A stretch of 63,026 bases of DNA, counting the filler, from Octopus bimaculoides (lineage: Eukaryota): assembly GCF_001194135.2 (NCBI RefSeq). It is 8 parts of 6 records of this genome, joined end to end, with 100 filler letters (N's around TTAATTAATTAA, not from the genome) between each part and the next. Parts side by side here need not be neighbours in the genome. Positions count along the whole stretch, not along the records: positions 50,973 to 56,317 come from NC_068982.1; positions 56,418 to 57,992 come from NC_069008.1; positions 58,093 to 61,814 come from NC_068991.1; positions 61,915 to 63,026 come from NW_026352186.1; 4 more parts are not named here. One strand, written 5' to 3'. Shown piece after piece: positions 52,481-63,026 of the stretch. Under the pieces are notes generated by a model that saw only the letters and a list, made by a program, of their open reading frames with translations, did no database searches and was not told the origin of the DNA. The position numbers and the translations under genes were made by a program. Within the stretch, counting starts at the first letter, position 1. Every line of letters begins with the position of its first letter.

Positions 52481-54401
52481 GTTAGCAGTATCTCTATGGA
52501 TTGTGGGAAGGAGATAGTAAACTAGAGGTTGTTACTTTCGGTGGGTCTGGAAACAGTATAATTTAAACTACAATAAACAAAATGTATGCACATATATATA
52601 CGCAGGTACATGCGCACAATCACGTATATGTATGCATATATACATACACGTTCACATATACATATAGGTATGCATGCATATTACGCGTCAAAGTCATGGA
52701 TATGGGAATTCATATGCATAAGCATCTCTATACTCATATAAAGTAAATAACTGACAAGGATGTCAAGGTATTAATGCAATAATACCTTGCATTAATATCT
52801 TGACATCCCTGTTACATATTTGCTTTTTATTCACCTTACTTCGAGCTGTGCGAATAATACCGGACTGACTTGGTGCCTCAGCTTAAGTACCCAATTCAGC
52901 TGAATCTTAATTAGGCTGGAAACGCAAAAGACTTCCTCACCTTCCCGAGCGTTAAGCTAATACACCCGTTTGTTGTTCACACACCTGTCTTCGCCTTTTG
53001 TTGTTTTGTAAATTCCAACTATATATATATATATATATATNNNNNNNNNNNNNNNNNNNNNNNNNNNNNNNNNNNNNNNNNNNNNNNNNNNNNNNNNNNN
53101 NNNNNNNNNNNNNNNNNNNNNNNNNNNNNNNNNNNNNNNNNNNNNNNNNNNNNNNNNNNNNNNNNNNNNNNNNNNNNNNNNNNNNNNNNNNNNNNNNNNN
53201 NNNNNNNNNNNNNNNNNNNNNNNNNNNNNNNNNNNNNNNNNNNNNNNNNNNNNNNNNNNNNNNNNNNNNNNNNNNNNNNNNNNNNNNNNNNNNNNNNNNN
53301 NNNNNNNNNNNNNNNNNNNNNNNNNNNNNNNNNNNNNNNNNNNNNNNNNNNNNNNNNNNNNNNNNNNNNNNNNNNNNNNNNNNNNNNNNNNNNNNNNNNN
53401 NNNNNNNNNNNNNNNNNNNNNNNNNNNNNNNNNNNNNNNNNNNNNNNNNNNNNNNNNNNNNNNNNNNNNNNNNNNNNNNNNNNNNNNNNNNNNNNNNNNN
53501 NNNNNNNNNNNNNNNNNNNNNNNNNNNNNNNNNNNNNNNNNNNNNNNNNNNNNNNNNNNNNNNNNNNNNNNNNNNNNNNNNNNNNNNNNNNNNNNNNNNN
53601 NNNNNNNTATATATATATATATATATATGTAAACATAATGTATACACAAATATATATTTTTTCGTATAGATAGATGCACACATTTAAACCAGTACGAGTA
53701 CCTATACATTCTTATATATGACTGTATACATACATAGATTTTCTATTATATGTATACACATAATATGCACCTATATAATCTACGCATTTACATATAGGTT
53801 ACATACATATTCTCTTACTTCACATCTTTTAACTGATCAATTTTTGATAAATACTCTCCGCTATTGTTATTCCTGCATTTTCAAAACAACGGTTTTGCTA
53901 CATCATTGACTTCACTACGGTTCTTTTGCTTTTATTAGTGTGAGCGTATGTGTGAGCATCTGTGCGCAAAATCGGGCGTATGCGTAGGCTTATGTCTTCG
54001 TGGATGTTTGTACGAGCGAGTGTACGTGCGCCAACATCCTAAGCGAAGATGTTTATACATCCGTATCTGTTAATAATTATATTTAATACTTTTTCTCTGT
54101 ATTGTGTATTTCTTTCTTTTTGCATCTGCTTTGTATTATTGACCTTCTATAAAAACGAAGCCGTATCTTTTAATTTGCTGTTTTTTATACACCAACCGAG
54201 AAGATATCTTGCGGAACATTTGTTATTTTCATGATACCTCTTGTAATTCCCTGCAGAGACATATCTACAATATCGGATACTCGTAAATCAGTTGTTAAGT
54301 GTCCCACCCTTGAGAGATCGATGCTAGATGGGTGGAAACAATTGTAGTGGTTTATAAACATTCTTGAATCTTCCACCTTCCGTCTCTCTCATAAATCAAA
54401 C

Positions 54402-54493
<92 letters not shown>

Positions 54494-54879
54494 ATACATA
54501 GGTATGTATACGTATGTGTATATGTATATGCGTGTGTGTGCGTACAGACATATGTAGGAGTGTGCGTGCGTATATATGCAATATATATTTATATATTGTA
54601 TGGACATCACAATCATAATTTTTTTTTGCATTAACAGACCCATCGAAAGTAACTATGTTTATTTTTGCTGATTACAGACGCACAGGCATATACTCCATGT
54701 TTTACACTCACATGTGCATGTGTATGTGAGTACAAGCATATCAATCGAAATATTATATATCCATTACGGCCGATCAATTGGACTTCAACGAGATGTTAGA
54801 TAACAGACCAATTAGCAGTTATCAGACGGCTGAATAGAAGCATCCGTTAGAACATAATACACGTTCGTTTTATATTAAC

Positions 54880-55060
54880 TTCATTTTCATTATTTACATT
54901 ATTTACATTTGACTGATATTTGTCCTATACTCTCCAGCCTTCTTCGGGTGTCTTAGGAAAATTTCTTCTTATTGTTATTCAGGTTACTACCTGGAATCGA
55001 ACTCGGAATCTTGGAGTTAGTAGCCCGCGCTCTTAACCACTACGGCATATGCTCGTATGG
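54880..55060 (-). mobile_element. tRNA-derived SINE (family E), shortened sister copy
   Basis: Same head (GTAGTGGTTAAGAGCGCGGGCTACTAAC...GAGTTCGATTCCAGG) and tail (AAGACACCCGAAGAAGGCTGGAGAGTATA...TGTAAATAATGTAAATAA). Confidence 0.75.
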
Positions 55061-55237
55061 AGTACATTTTAGGGCTTATAAATCCAATATTTTCCTATCC
55101 TTCCTTAATACCGGTTCCCATATGCTATTCATATCTGCACTCGGCCTGCTTAGTAGGTTGTTTTGTCCTGGCATATATGTTGCTTATTTTAGTTTTCGTA
55201 TTTTCCAGTGGTGATCTCTTTTTTTTTTTTTTAAATA

Positions 55238-55353
55238 AAGCGTAGTAGTTAAGAGCGCGGGCTACTAACCACAAGATTCCGAGTTCGATTCTAGGCAGTG
55301 ACCTGAAAAATAATAATAATAACAATAATAACAACAACAACAAAAATAACAAC

Positions 55354-55409
<56 letters not shown>

Positions 55410-55600
55410 CAACAACGACATCGAAAAATACCTTAGGAATGTGAACCCAAGTTCGAAATTTCCCCAAGACACCTGATGAAGTCCGGAGGGTATATCAGCC
55501 GAAATGTTGTGTTAACAACAAACAAGATAAGGATACATATCCGCCAAATATAAATAATGTAAATAAAGTACATAATTCCTCATCTCTTAAATATAGAACT
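55238..55600 (+). mobile_element. tRNA-derived SINE (family E) with internal (AAT/AAC)n and a hammerhead-containing tail
   Basis: A-box-like GTAGTAGTTAAGAGCGC, B-box GAGTTCGATTC (55281-55291), microsatellite, conserved tail. Confidence 0.75.
55468..55513 (+). ncRNA. Degenerate minimal type I hammerhead ribozyme in a SINE 3' tail
   Basis: GACAC-CTGATGA-A-GTCCGG...CAGCC-GAAA-TG-TT-GTGTT; stem I is GACAC/GTGTT. Stem II has two mismatches here, but the sister copy (54927-54955, -) retains AGGCTGG, which pairs with CAGCC. Confidence 0.6.
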
Positions 55601-56361
55601 GTACTATTTCATTTTGTTTATCAAATTTTGATATTTGTATATCTGTGCGTATATATAAGACACTGTGTGTGTATGTATAGTTATGTCTATATGTGTACAT
55701 ACATATTTGTATGAATATTTCGGCACTTCTACTTTGTTTTAATTCATTATGCTGTATTCCTTTACTTTTTCATTTTGTAATATCTAAATTCATTTTCTGC
55801 AGGACAGCAATGACCTTAAATTCAACTCTACTAAATTTAAAGGCCCTAGTATACGTAAATACATACATAGTACGTACGCACATACATACATACATACATA
55901 CATACATGCATACATACATACATACATACATACATACATACATGCATACATACATACATAATACATATATTTGTATTGTTGGCACTCCGTCGCTTACGAC
56001 GTCGAAGGTTCCAATTGATCCGATCAACGGAACAGCCTGCTCGTGAAATTACCGTGCAAGTGGCTGAGCACTCCACAGACACGTGTACCCTTAACGTAGT
56101 TCTCGGGGATATTCAGCGTGACACTGTGACAAGGCTGACCCTTTGAATTACAGGCACAACAGAAACAGGAAGTAAGAGTGAGAGAAAATTGTGGTGAAAG
56201 AGTACAGCAGGGTTTGCCACCATCCCCTGCCGGAACCTCATGGAGCTTTAGGTGTTTTCGCTCAATAAACACTCACAACACCCGGTCTGGGAATCGAAAC
56301 CGCGATCCAATGACCGCNNNNNNNNNNNNNNNNNNNNNNNNNNNNNNNNNNNNNNNNNNNN

Positions 56362-56373
56362 TTAATTAATTAA
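56362..56373. other. Artificial assembly spacer
   Basis: N44-TTAATTAATTAA-N44. Confidence 0.95.
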
Positions 56374-56569
56374 NNNNNNNNNNNNNNNNNNNNNNNNNNN
56401 NNNNNNNNNNNNNNNNNGCCACTAATGCCATGTACAATCATAACTTGCTCTCGCCCACACCACATACAAAATTGCCAACCTCTACCAGCCTCCACCATCA
56501 TGTCACTAATACGACTTCAGACCAATATCCACTATCACCTCCTCTAACGTCATCATCATCATCATCATC

Positions 56570-56604
<35 letters not shown>

Positions 56605-56869
56605 ACACACAAACGAACCTTCAAAATGTCAATACTATTACAATAGCTAACCAATACGCCAGCGCCGCCAACGCAAACATCGCGACAACCCACACAGAAT
56701 CACTAATGTAGGAGCTGCTAAAATGGTCACCTGGCCTCTTGTAAATGTAAACCGAATCCGTTAAACCGTACTTCACATTTTATCTTTTACTCGTTTCGGT
56801 CACTGGTCCTTGCGGTCACGCTGGGGCAACGCCTTGAAGGGATTAATCGAAGAAAATCGACTCCCAGTG

Positions 56870-57755
56870 CAACTTTCGCACAGACGTGGAATTGATGGGT
56901 GCCTCTTGCAGTAGGTGTTAAAATATTGTTTTGGGTGAACCATCATAAGATGTTTCATGCCCACTTGGCATTCACATTCTTTTCACAATATTGAAACCTT
57001 TTCCCACCGTTTAAGGGAGCAGCACGGATAGTGCTTTTCAGTCCTGCCAAGAATTCATTCGCTTTTCGCACAGATATGATAATGATGGACACCTCTTGCA
57101 GTAGGTGTTACACTATTATTTGGGTGAACTTTTGTATGATGTCTTTGCCCGTTTGGCACACACATTCATGCAACCCTTTCCTGCTATTTAAGAGTTAAAC
57201 ATGAGCAGGACGGATGGTACTTTTCAGTCTTATAAGGGATTCACAGTTTTTTGCACAGACGTGACAACGACGGGCGCCTCTTGCAGTAGGTGTTACAATA
57301 TTGTTTGGGCGAACCATCATAAGATGATTTTGTCCGTTTGGCATTCACATTCTTTTCACATTATTGAAACACTTTCCAGCACAGATAGGGAGCAGCACAG
57401 ATAGTGCTTCTTAGTACTGCCAAGGATTCGTTCTTTTTTGCACAGATGTGACAATGATGGGCGCCTCTTGCAGTAGGTGTTGCAGTATTGTTTAGGCGAA
57501 CCGTCATAAGATATTTTTTGCCCCCTTTGACATTCATATGAACGAAACCCTTTCCCACTGTTTACGGGTTAAAAATGAGCAGCAGAGATGGTACTTTTCA
57601 ATCTGGTTAGGGTTACACTTTTTTTGCACAGATGTGACAAAAATGGGTGTCTCTTGCAGTGTTACAATAGCATTTGGGCGAACGCACCTATGATATTTTT
57701 TTACCCGTTTGACATTCACGTTCATGAAGCCCTTTTCCACCGTTTAAGGGTTAAG
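56870..57755 (-). repeat. ~187-bp tandem repeat (about 5 units, A/B alternation), probably derived from a decayed C2H2 zinc-finger array
   Basis: Anchor (G/A)(C/T)CTCTTGCAGT recurs at 56901, 57091, 57276, 57463 and 57649. Minus strand gives PTARGAHHCHICAKK, aligning to the HTGEKPYHCxICGK linker/finger start. Confidence 0.7.
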
Positions 57756-58036
57756 CGACCGAAACAAAACATGAGCCAACAAGAACACACGCACACACAC
57801 AATTACCAATGCACACATAACACACCATACTGTACATCACCACCACCACTACCACCACCACCACCACCCACCAACACTACTACCACCACGATTACTAGCA
57901 CCACCCACCATCAATACCACCACCACCACCACCACCACTGCGACAATAACACCACAATCATCCTCATCGTCGCCGCCGCCACCACCACCATCNNNNNNNN
58001 NNNNNNNNNNNNNNNNNNNNNNNNNNNNNNNNNNNN

Positions 58037-58048
58037 TTAATTAATTAA
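58037..58048. other. Artificial assembly spacer
   Basis: N44-TTAATTAATTAA-N44. Confidence 0.95.
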
Positions 58049-58673
58049 NNNNNNNNNNNNNNNNNNNNNNNNNNNNNNNNNNNNNNNNNNNNCCAGGCAC
58101 TAAATTAGATCCTGGAAGTTATGAAGGTAAAAAACGGATCGTGTGACTTTTCCGAAATCCTCACCCACCTCTTTGGAAAGCATTTTCCCCAGAAATTTCT
58201 GTATAATCGTAATTTGTGCCGTTTGAACAGTATTTCTATAAAATTTCATTAATATATATCCATTTTCCTGAAAGTTATGAGGGAAAAATCGGATCTTGTG
58301 AATTTTCCAAAAGTCCTCTCCTCACCCACTGTTCGTTTGCGCAAATTTTTGTTTTCATATTCGTTTCCTACACATTTTTTTTACACCTATTAGGCTGTTT
58401 TTTTTTGTGATCAGGTTCATAAACTGTATATTGACCAGAATTTTTCAGCACCTTTACAATTCCTATTTTCTGCCCTTCTGCTCAGATTTAAATATAATTT
58501 ATTTATAATTGTTACTGTTACCTAGTTTTATATGCCTTCCATTTTATTTTATGGCCTAGTATCTCATCTATAGTAAGACATCTATCTGTATCCCTCTATC
58601 AAACTCTAACCTTTTGCCTGACACACAGCCACTTCTCTTGGGTCCACTCTCTCTCTCAACTAGGAGGTCTTTT

Positions 58674-59264
58674 GGATCTTTTTTAAAACGGGGGCCACAT
58701 TTTTCATTAACGAAACACTTTGAAACTTGGAACACTGGTAGAATGTGTCATATAAAACATCTTTTTCTCTTAGTCTTCTTAAAAAAAAAGAAATCCCTAA
58801 GTTATTCCATGTTAAAGTTGTCGTATTTCTGTAATTTCAACCAATCACTGACGTCCATTCAGCCGATATACATTAAGTGCCGACTACATAAACAAACGAT
58901 TCTGAAACAATTAACCCTAACTCTAACCCTAACCCTAACCCTAGGGTTAGGGTTAGGGTTAGGGTTAGGGTTAAAGCAAATTTAAAATGAAAAAAGCAAA
59001 TAAAACGAAGGTATAGAGATTAAATACGCTTTACATCGCTTAATGAGCCAAAGGAGTAAATGTAAACAACTGAATACTTGTCAGTGATTGGTTGAAATTA
59101 TCGAAATAAGACAATTTTTTACATGAAATAAATTCGAATACAAAAATATTTTTCTGTTCTATAACACAAAATAGATAAGTATACGAAGTTTGAAAGTCTT
59201 TCCGTACCAAAAACACTACGTAAAACATTAATGAAAAATGTGGCCCCCGTTTTAAAAAAGATCC
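58674..59264. mobile_element. MITE with GG-terminal TIRs and exact 8-bp TSD (Merlin-like), central telomeric palindrome
   Basis: About 37-bp TIRs GGATCTTTTTTAAAACGGGGGCCACATTTTTCATTAA; TSD GGTCTTTT at 58666-58673 and 59265-59272; inner inverted motif AATTTCAACCAATCACTGAC. Superfamily assignment is inferred from TIR/TSD features only. Confidence 0.82.
58911..58974. repeat. Interstitial telomeric repeat palindrome (CCCTAA)n-(TTAGGG)n, 64 bp, no spacer
   Basis: Two 32-bp arms with a single mismatch, centred on CCCT|AGGG at 58942/58943. Confidence 0.95.
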
Positions 59265-59641
59265 GGTCTTTTTCTTGCAAGTTACTTGGTGACTCTGCTG
59301 GCACTGCTACCACATAAAAAGCACCTGTGCTGGTGCCATGTGAAAAGCACCTGTGCTGGTGCCACATGAAAAGTACCTGTATTGGTGCCACATAAAAAAC
59401 GCCCAGCACACCCTATAAAGCAGTTAGCATTAGGAAGGGCATCCAGCCATAGAAACCATGCCAAAATAGACAATTGGAGTCTGTTGCAGCTTCCTGGTTG
59501 CCAGCTCCTGTCAAACAATCCAACCCATACCAGTATGGAAAATGGACATTAAATGATAATGATGATGATTATGATGATAATGATGATGATTATGATGATG
59601 ATGATGATGATTGAAAATATAATTGTCTTTTTCCATTCTAG

Positions 59642-59668
59642 GTCGAAGAAGGCAATATCGAGTACAAG
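59642..59668 (+). CDS. GTPBP2: 27-nt exon VEEGNIEYK, GTP-binding protein 2 (GTPBP2-like translational GTPase)
   Basis: Strong acceptor ttttttccattctAG and consensus donor GTAAGT, phase 0/0; matches the GTPBP2 N-terminal PPExExGNIEYKLKL motif. Flanking exons not located. Confidence 0.75.
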
Positions 59669-61783
59669 GTAAGTGTGATGTACAATCAGTATAACTTGAT
59701 ATGATCTAGTAGGAATGAGTTATGGATCAGATGGTTTAAATAAACCGTATTTGAACTTTGCAGCTTTGTTACAAAATCAAGTATAAACATCTGTAATTGT
59801 CCTCAAAATATTTAAGGCATTCGCACTAAAGCAGCACCTATTTTCTTGCAAGATGGATTTTTCTTTGTGTTATACTGGAAAAAGGATGGGTGTCTACTAT
59901 TTTATGTTAGACTGAGTTGAGATCATTGTAATAGCAGGTATCATGAGTTGCCTCTGATACTTACCAATGGAAAAAAAAAAAAATACTAGATTTCCGCAAA
60001 TACTGTGTTCTTTGCTGGTACTGTGGATATATTGTCAGTCATGTAACTGTTTAATTAGCATGAGGATAGCATCACAAAAACATTTAATTTGATATTGTTT
60101 ATGTCATAAGAATTTAGGCATGAAATAAATTGTTTTAATGATGGAACACAAAGCAGGTGAAGCTATAAATGAAATCATGTAGATATTGGGTAAGTATTGC
60201 TTTGGTCCAATGCTAGAACGTCTGTCATGTTTGCAGAAGTTGTGGGCTCAAGTTCCATGGGCAACTTTCAACTTTTCCAAGCAAGGGATTTTTTTAAACT
60301 CAGTATTTTCGTGCTATTCTTTATAGCTTTATCTACTTTGAGTTCCATCATCAAAAATGATTTGTAATGATGGAAGTATTTAATGTAATTTGAATGTTTT
60401 CATTTCTGGATGATGTGAAGGCATGTATATTTTTCTAGCTGTCATTGACTTGCAGACAGTTCAAGTAGACCATTAATGGTATCACTCTCACTAGTCTTGG
60501 AGGCTCTGTGAAGGCCATTGGCCCACTTCTTTCTTCCAAACCGATATTTAAAATATTATTTCAAATGGAGTTGACTGTTGATGTAGGCATGAAGAATGGA
60601 GTCATATAAAGGATTAAGCTTGAAAATTTTAACAAGTTGATAGCATAGAGCTATAAAATTTAAATTAGTTCATAGTGTAGTGATTAAAGAAAATTTAATC
60701 AATTCCTGTGAATGTGTGATGTTAGTTTTTAGAGAAGCCTTTTTGAGAGGAAATATTCGTGTCAGATATTAGAAAGATTTTATTAATTTTGGTTTCAAAT
60801 TTTGGCACAAGGCCTGCAATTTCGGAGGTGGGGTAAGGCTGCGGGTTAAGTCAATTACATTGACCCCAGTGCTCAACTAGTACTTATTTTATTGACTGCC
60901 GAATAGATGAAAGGCAAAGTCAACCTCAGCTGAATTTGAACTCAGAATGTAAAGATGGATGAAATGCCACTAAACATTTTAGCTGGCATGCTAATGATTC
61001 TGCCAACTTGCCGCCTTAGATTTTACTAATATTAGGAGTAATAATTTATCTATACTGTAGTTCTCAAGGATAAGACACCATTGGAGGGTAAGTTTCCCAT
61101 GTGTTTGACTTCATAGAATCTGTTTCTAGTGGGAAAGTTGAGTAAAAGTGCTTTAGGAGGGGATCATCTCTAACTAATGTTAGACAGGAATATAGTTTAT
61201 GTGGTTTATATTAAAAATATATTTGAAGGTCTCTATGGACACTTTGGGGTTATATTTTTCTAGAATCATGTTCTCTAAATATCTACAAAAATATTTCATT
61301 GGTAATGGAGAAATGGTGGAATTCTGCTTTATGCATGGCATATAACCCCTCATAACTTTTACATTTTTGAGAATTTTCAGAAAAGTTTTGTGAATTTGTA
61401 TTCCACACAAGGGAATTCATATGATTATGCAAAAACAAAATAAAAAAAATTTTGCTGCATGATTTTAGAGCTATTTAGCTGTTATTTTTAGCACATCTCA
61501 TGACCGCCTCATACCTTCCTTGTTTGTTTGTCAGTCTGATGTACTGATGTCTTTAATATCTTTCTCCCCATAAACACATTTAATGGTCTATTACTAGGAT
61601 TTATACCAAAAATTTGGACTGTCCATATTTTAAACTGTGCTTAAAAATTTTTTTTCATAGTCTTGTGATTTCCTGTGTGTAATTTTCCTTTATTCAAAAA
61701 TTCTTATCGCTCCTTAAAATTATGGCTTTTAAGTGTTGATTTCTCAGCCCAAGAATTACAGCGTGATGTGCTGCTTGACTGGG

Positions 61784-61814
<31 letters not shown>

Positions 61815-61858
61815 NNNNNNNNNNNNNNNNNNNNNNNNNNNNNNNNNNNNNNNNNNNN

Positions 61859-61870
61859 TTAATTAATTAA
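61859..61870. other. Artificial assembly spacer
   Basis: N44-TTAATTAATTAA-N44. Confidence 0.95.
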
Positions 61871-62349
61871 NNNNNNNNNNNNNNNNNNNNNNNNNNNNNN
61901 NNNNNNNNNNNNNNAATAAATAAATAAATAAATAAATAAATAAATAGATAAATAAATAAATAAAAATAAATAAATCAAACAATTAGAAAGATCAGCAACG
62001 GTCAGCTGAAAATTCAATTAAATACATTAATAAATTCACATATAAATACGCAAGTGACTGCCATAAGTGTGTTATCATGGAGATGAATAACTTCTTAAAC
62101 GTGAATATATCTTAGATATTGACATGTTAAAGGTTCTAACAGTAGCGCACTAATTGGACTAACATTTAAAGTTATCTAGATACCAATAAACGGATATAAA
62201 ATATAGTTCAACCAAGTCACAAGAAACTTAATGTAGACGACAAATATGCCATAATGTCTTTAGATATAACGGTCTTCAACACTGCTGATAAACTTAGAAA
62301 ACATTTCTAGTGTTTAGAAGACTTGAATTAAGAGGCCATGTTAACACAT

Positions 62350-62940
62350 ACAATTTTATGTTACACTGGTGATAAACATGGTGGTGATATAGTGACAGTC
62401 ATGGAATATTGAAAATATACCAATATCAATGGTAAGTATAGTGCTGATATAGTTATAGTGATGGTATAGAGATGATATACAGGTAGATATGGTACAGTNN
62501 NNNNNNNNNNNNNNNNNNNNNNNNNNNNNNNNNNNNNGATAGTACAGAGATGATGTGGTTGAAGATACACTAATGATGATAGTTATAATATACTGATGAT
62601 GATGGTATACAGAGAGCGATGATATAATCATAATATATTGAAGATATAGCGATGATACACTGATATAGATGGTATGTGAATGATATAATCAACAGTGATG
62701 GTATAGTGATAATATACTGATAGCGAGGATATAGTGATGGTATACTAATATTGATAGTATGATGACAATATGTTGATAGTGATACTATAGTGATGGTATA
62801 CGGATATTGATGATAGTGTTGGCGTAGAGGCGATATAGTGATAGCGATGATTTCTAATAGTTAAGGTATAATAAGATATGCTAGAAGTGGAGGTACAGTG
62901 ACGATATACTGATAATCATGGTATCTTGATAATGTACTGC
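62350..62940. repeat. Degenerate GAT/ATA-rich low-complexity satellite
   Basis: Recurrent GATGATATA/TAGTGATGGTATA-type units. Confidence 0.7.
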
Positions 62941-63026
62941 TTGCACTGACAGAAAAAGGCTTTTACTTGGTGGCTGTGAAAGAAGAGACAATGCCTGTGG
63001 TAAACCTTCCGAGAATGGTGAGAGTG

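Noticed and set aside
56870-57755. CRISPR-like array or a functional ZNF gene
   Set aside because: Eukaryotic context, and whole units are homologous with no unique spacers; reading frames are broken in every unit.
58911-58974. Ancestral chromosome end-to-end fusion site
   Set aside because: Repeat orientation is the reverse of a fusion junction, and the tract sits within a TSD-bounded MITE.
60120-60200. GEAINEI followed by GTAAGT considered as the next GTPBP2 exon (GEAVYQIG)
   Set aside because: In-frame TAG before the donor, no LKLVNP start and no suitable acceptor.

Overview
AT-rich eukaryotic (metazoan) genomic DNA, very dense in microsatellites and SINEs. The repeat landscape looks like an Octopus (coleoid cephalopod) assembly; this is pattern recognition, not a database match. 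Seven identical artificial 100-bp spacers (N44-TTAATTAATTAA-N44) split the window into eight joined segments whose order and orientation are not guaranteed. Almost all ORFs in the supplied track are microsatellite or N-gap translations. Genuine genes, all on the + strand, are a complete 8-exon ribokinase (RBKS, 11342-22143, 308 aa), the first two coding exons of BPNT1 (24359-24484, 30463-30564) and one 27-nt exon of GTPBP2 (59642-59668). Mobile DNA includes an IR/DR-type Tc1 in RBKS intron 1 with a deleted Merlin/IS1595-type element nested in its left inverted repeat, a mariner pseudogene, several MITEs, a Helitron nested in a hAT MITE, CR1/RTE/L1-Tx1/Penelope fragments and at least five SINE families. 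The most notable observations are: (i) a near-canonical minimal type I hammerhead ribozyme (46168-46212, -) close to a Penelope GIY-YIG remnant; (ii) a tRNA-headed SINE family whose 3' tail carries a second hammerhead, present as a divergent pair (54880-55600); (iii) a MITE with an exact 8-bp TSD built around a spacer-less 64-bp (CCCTAA)n/(TTAGGG)n palindrome; (iv) a ~187-bp higher-order tandem repeat apparently derived from decayed C2H2 zinc-finger DNA.
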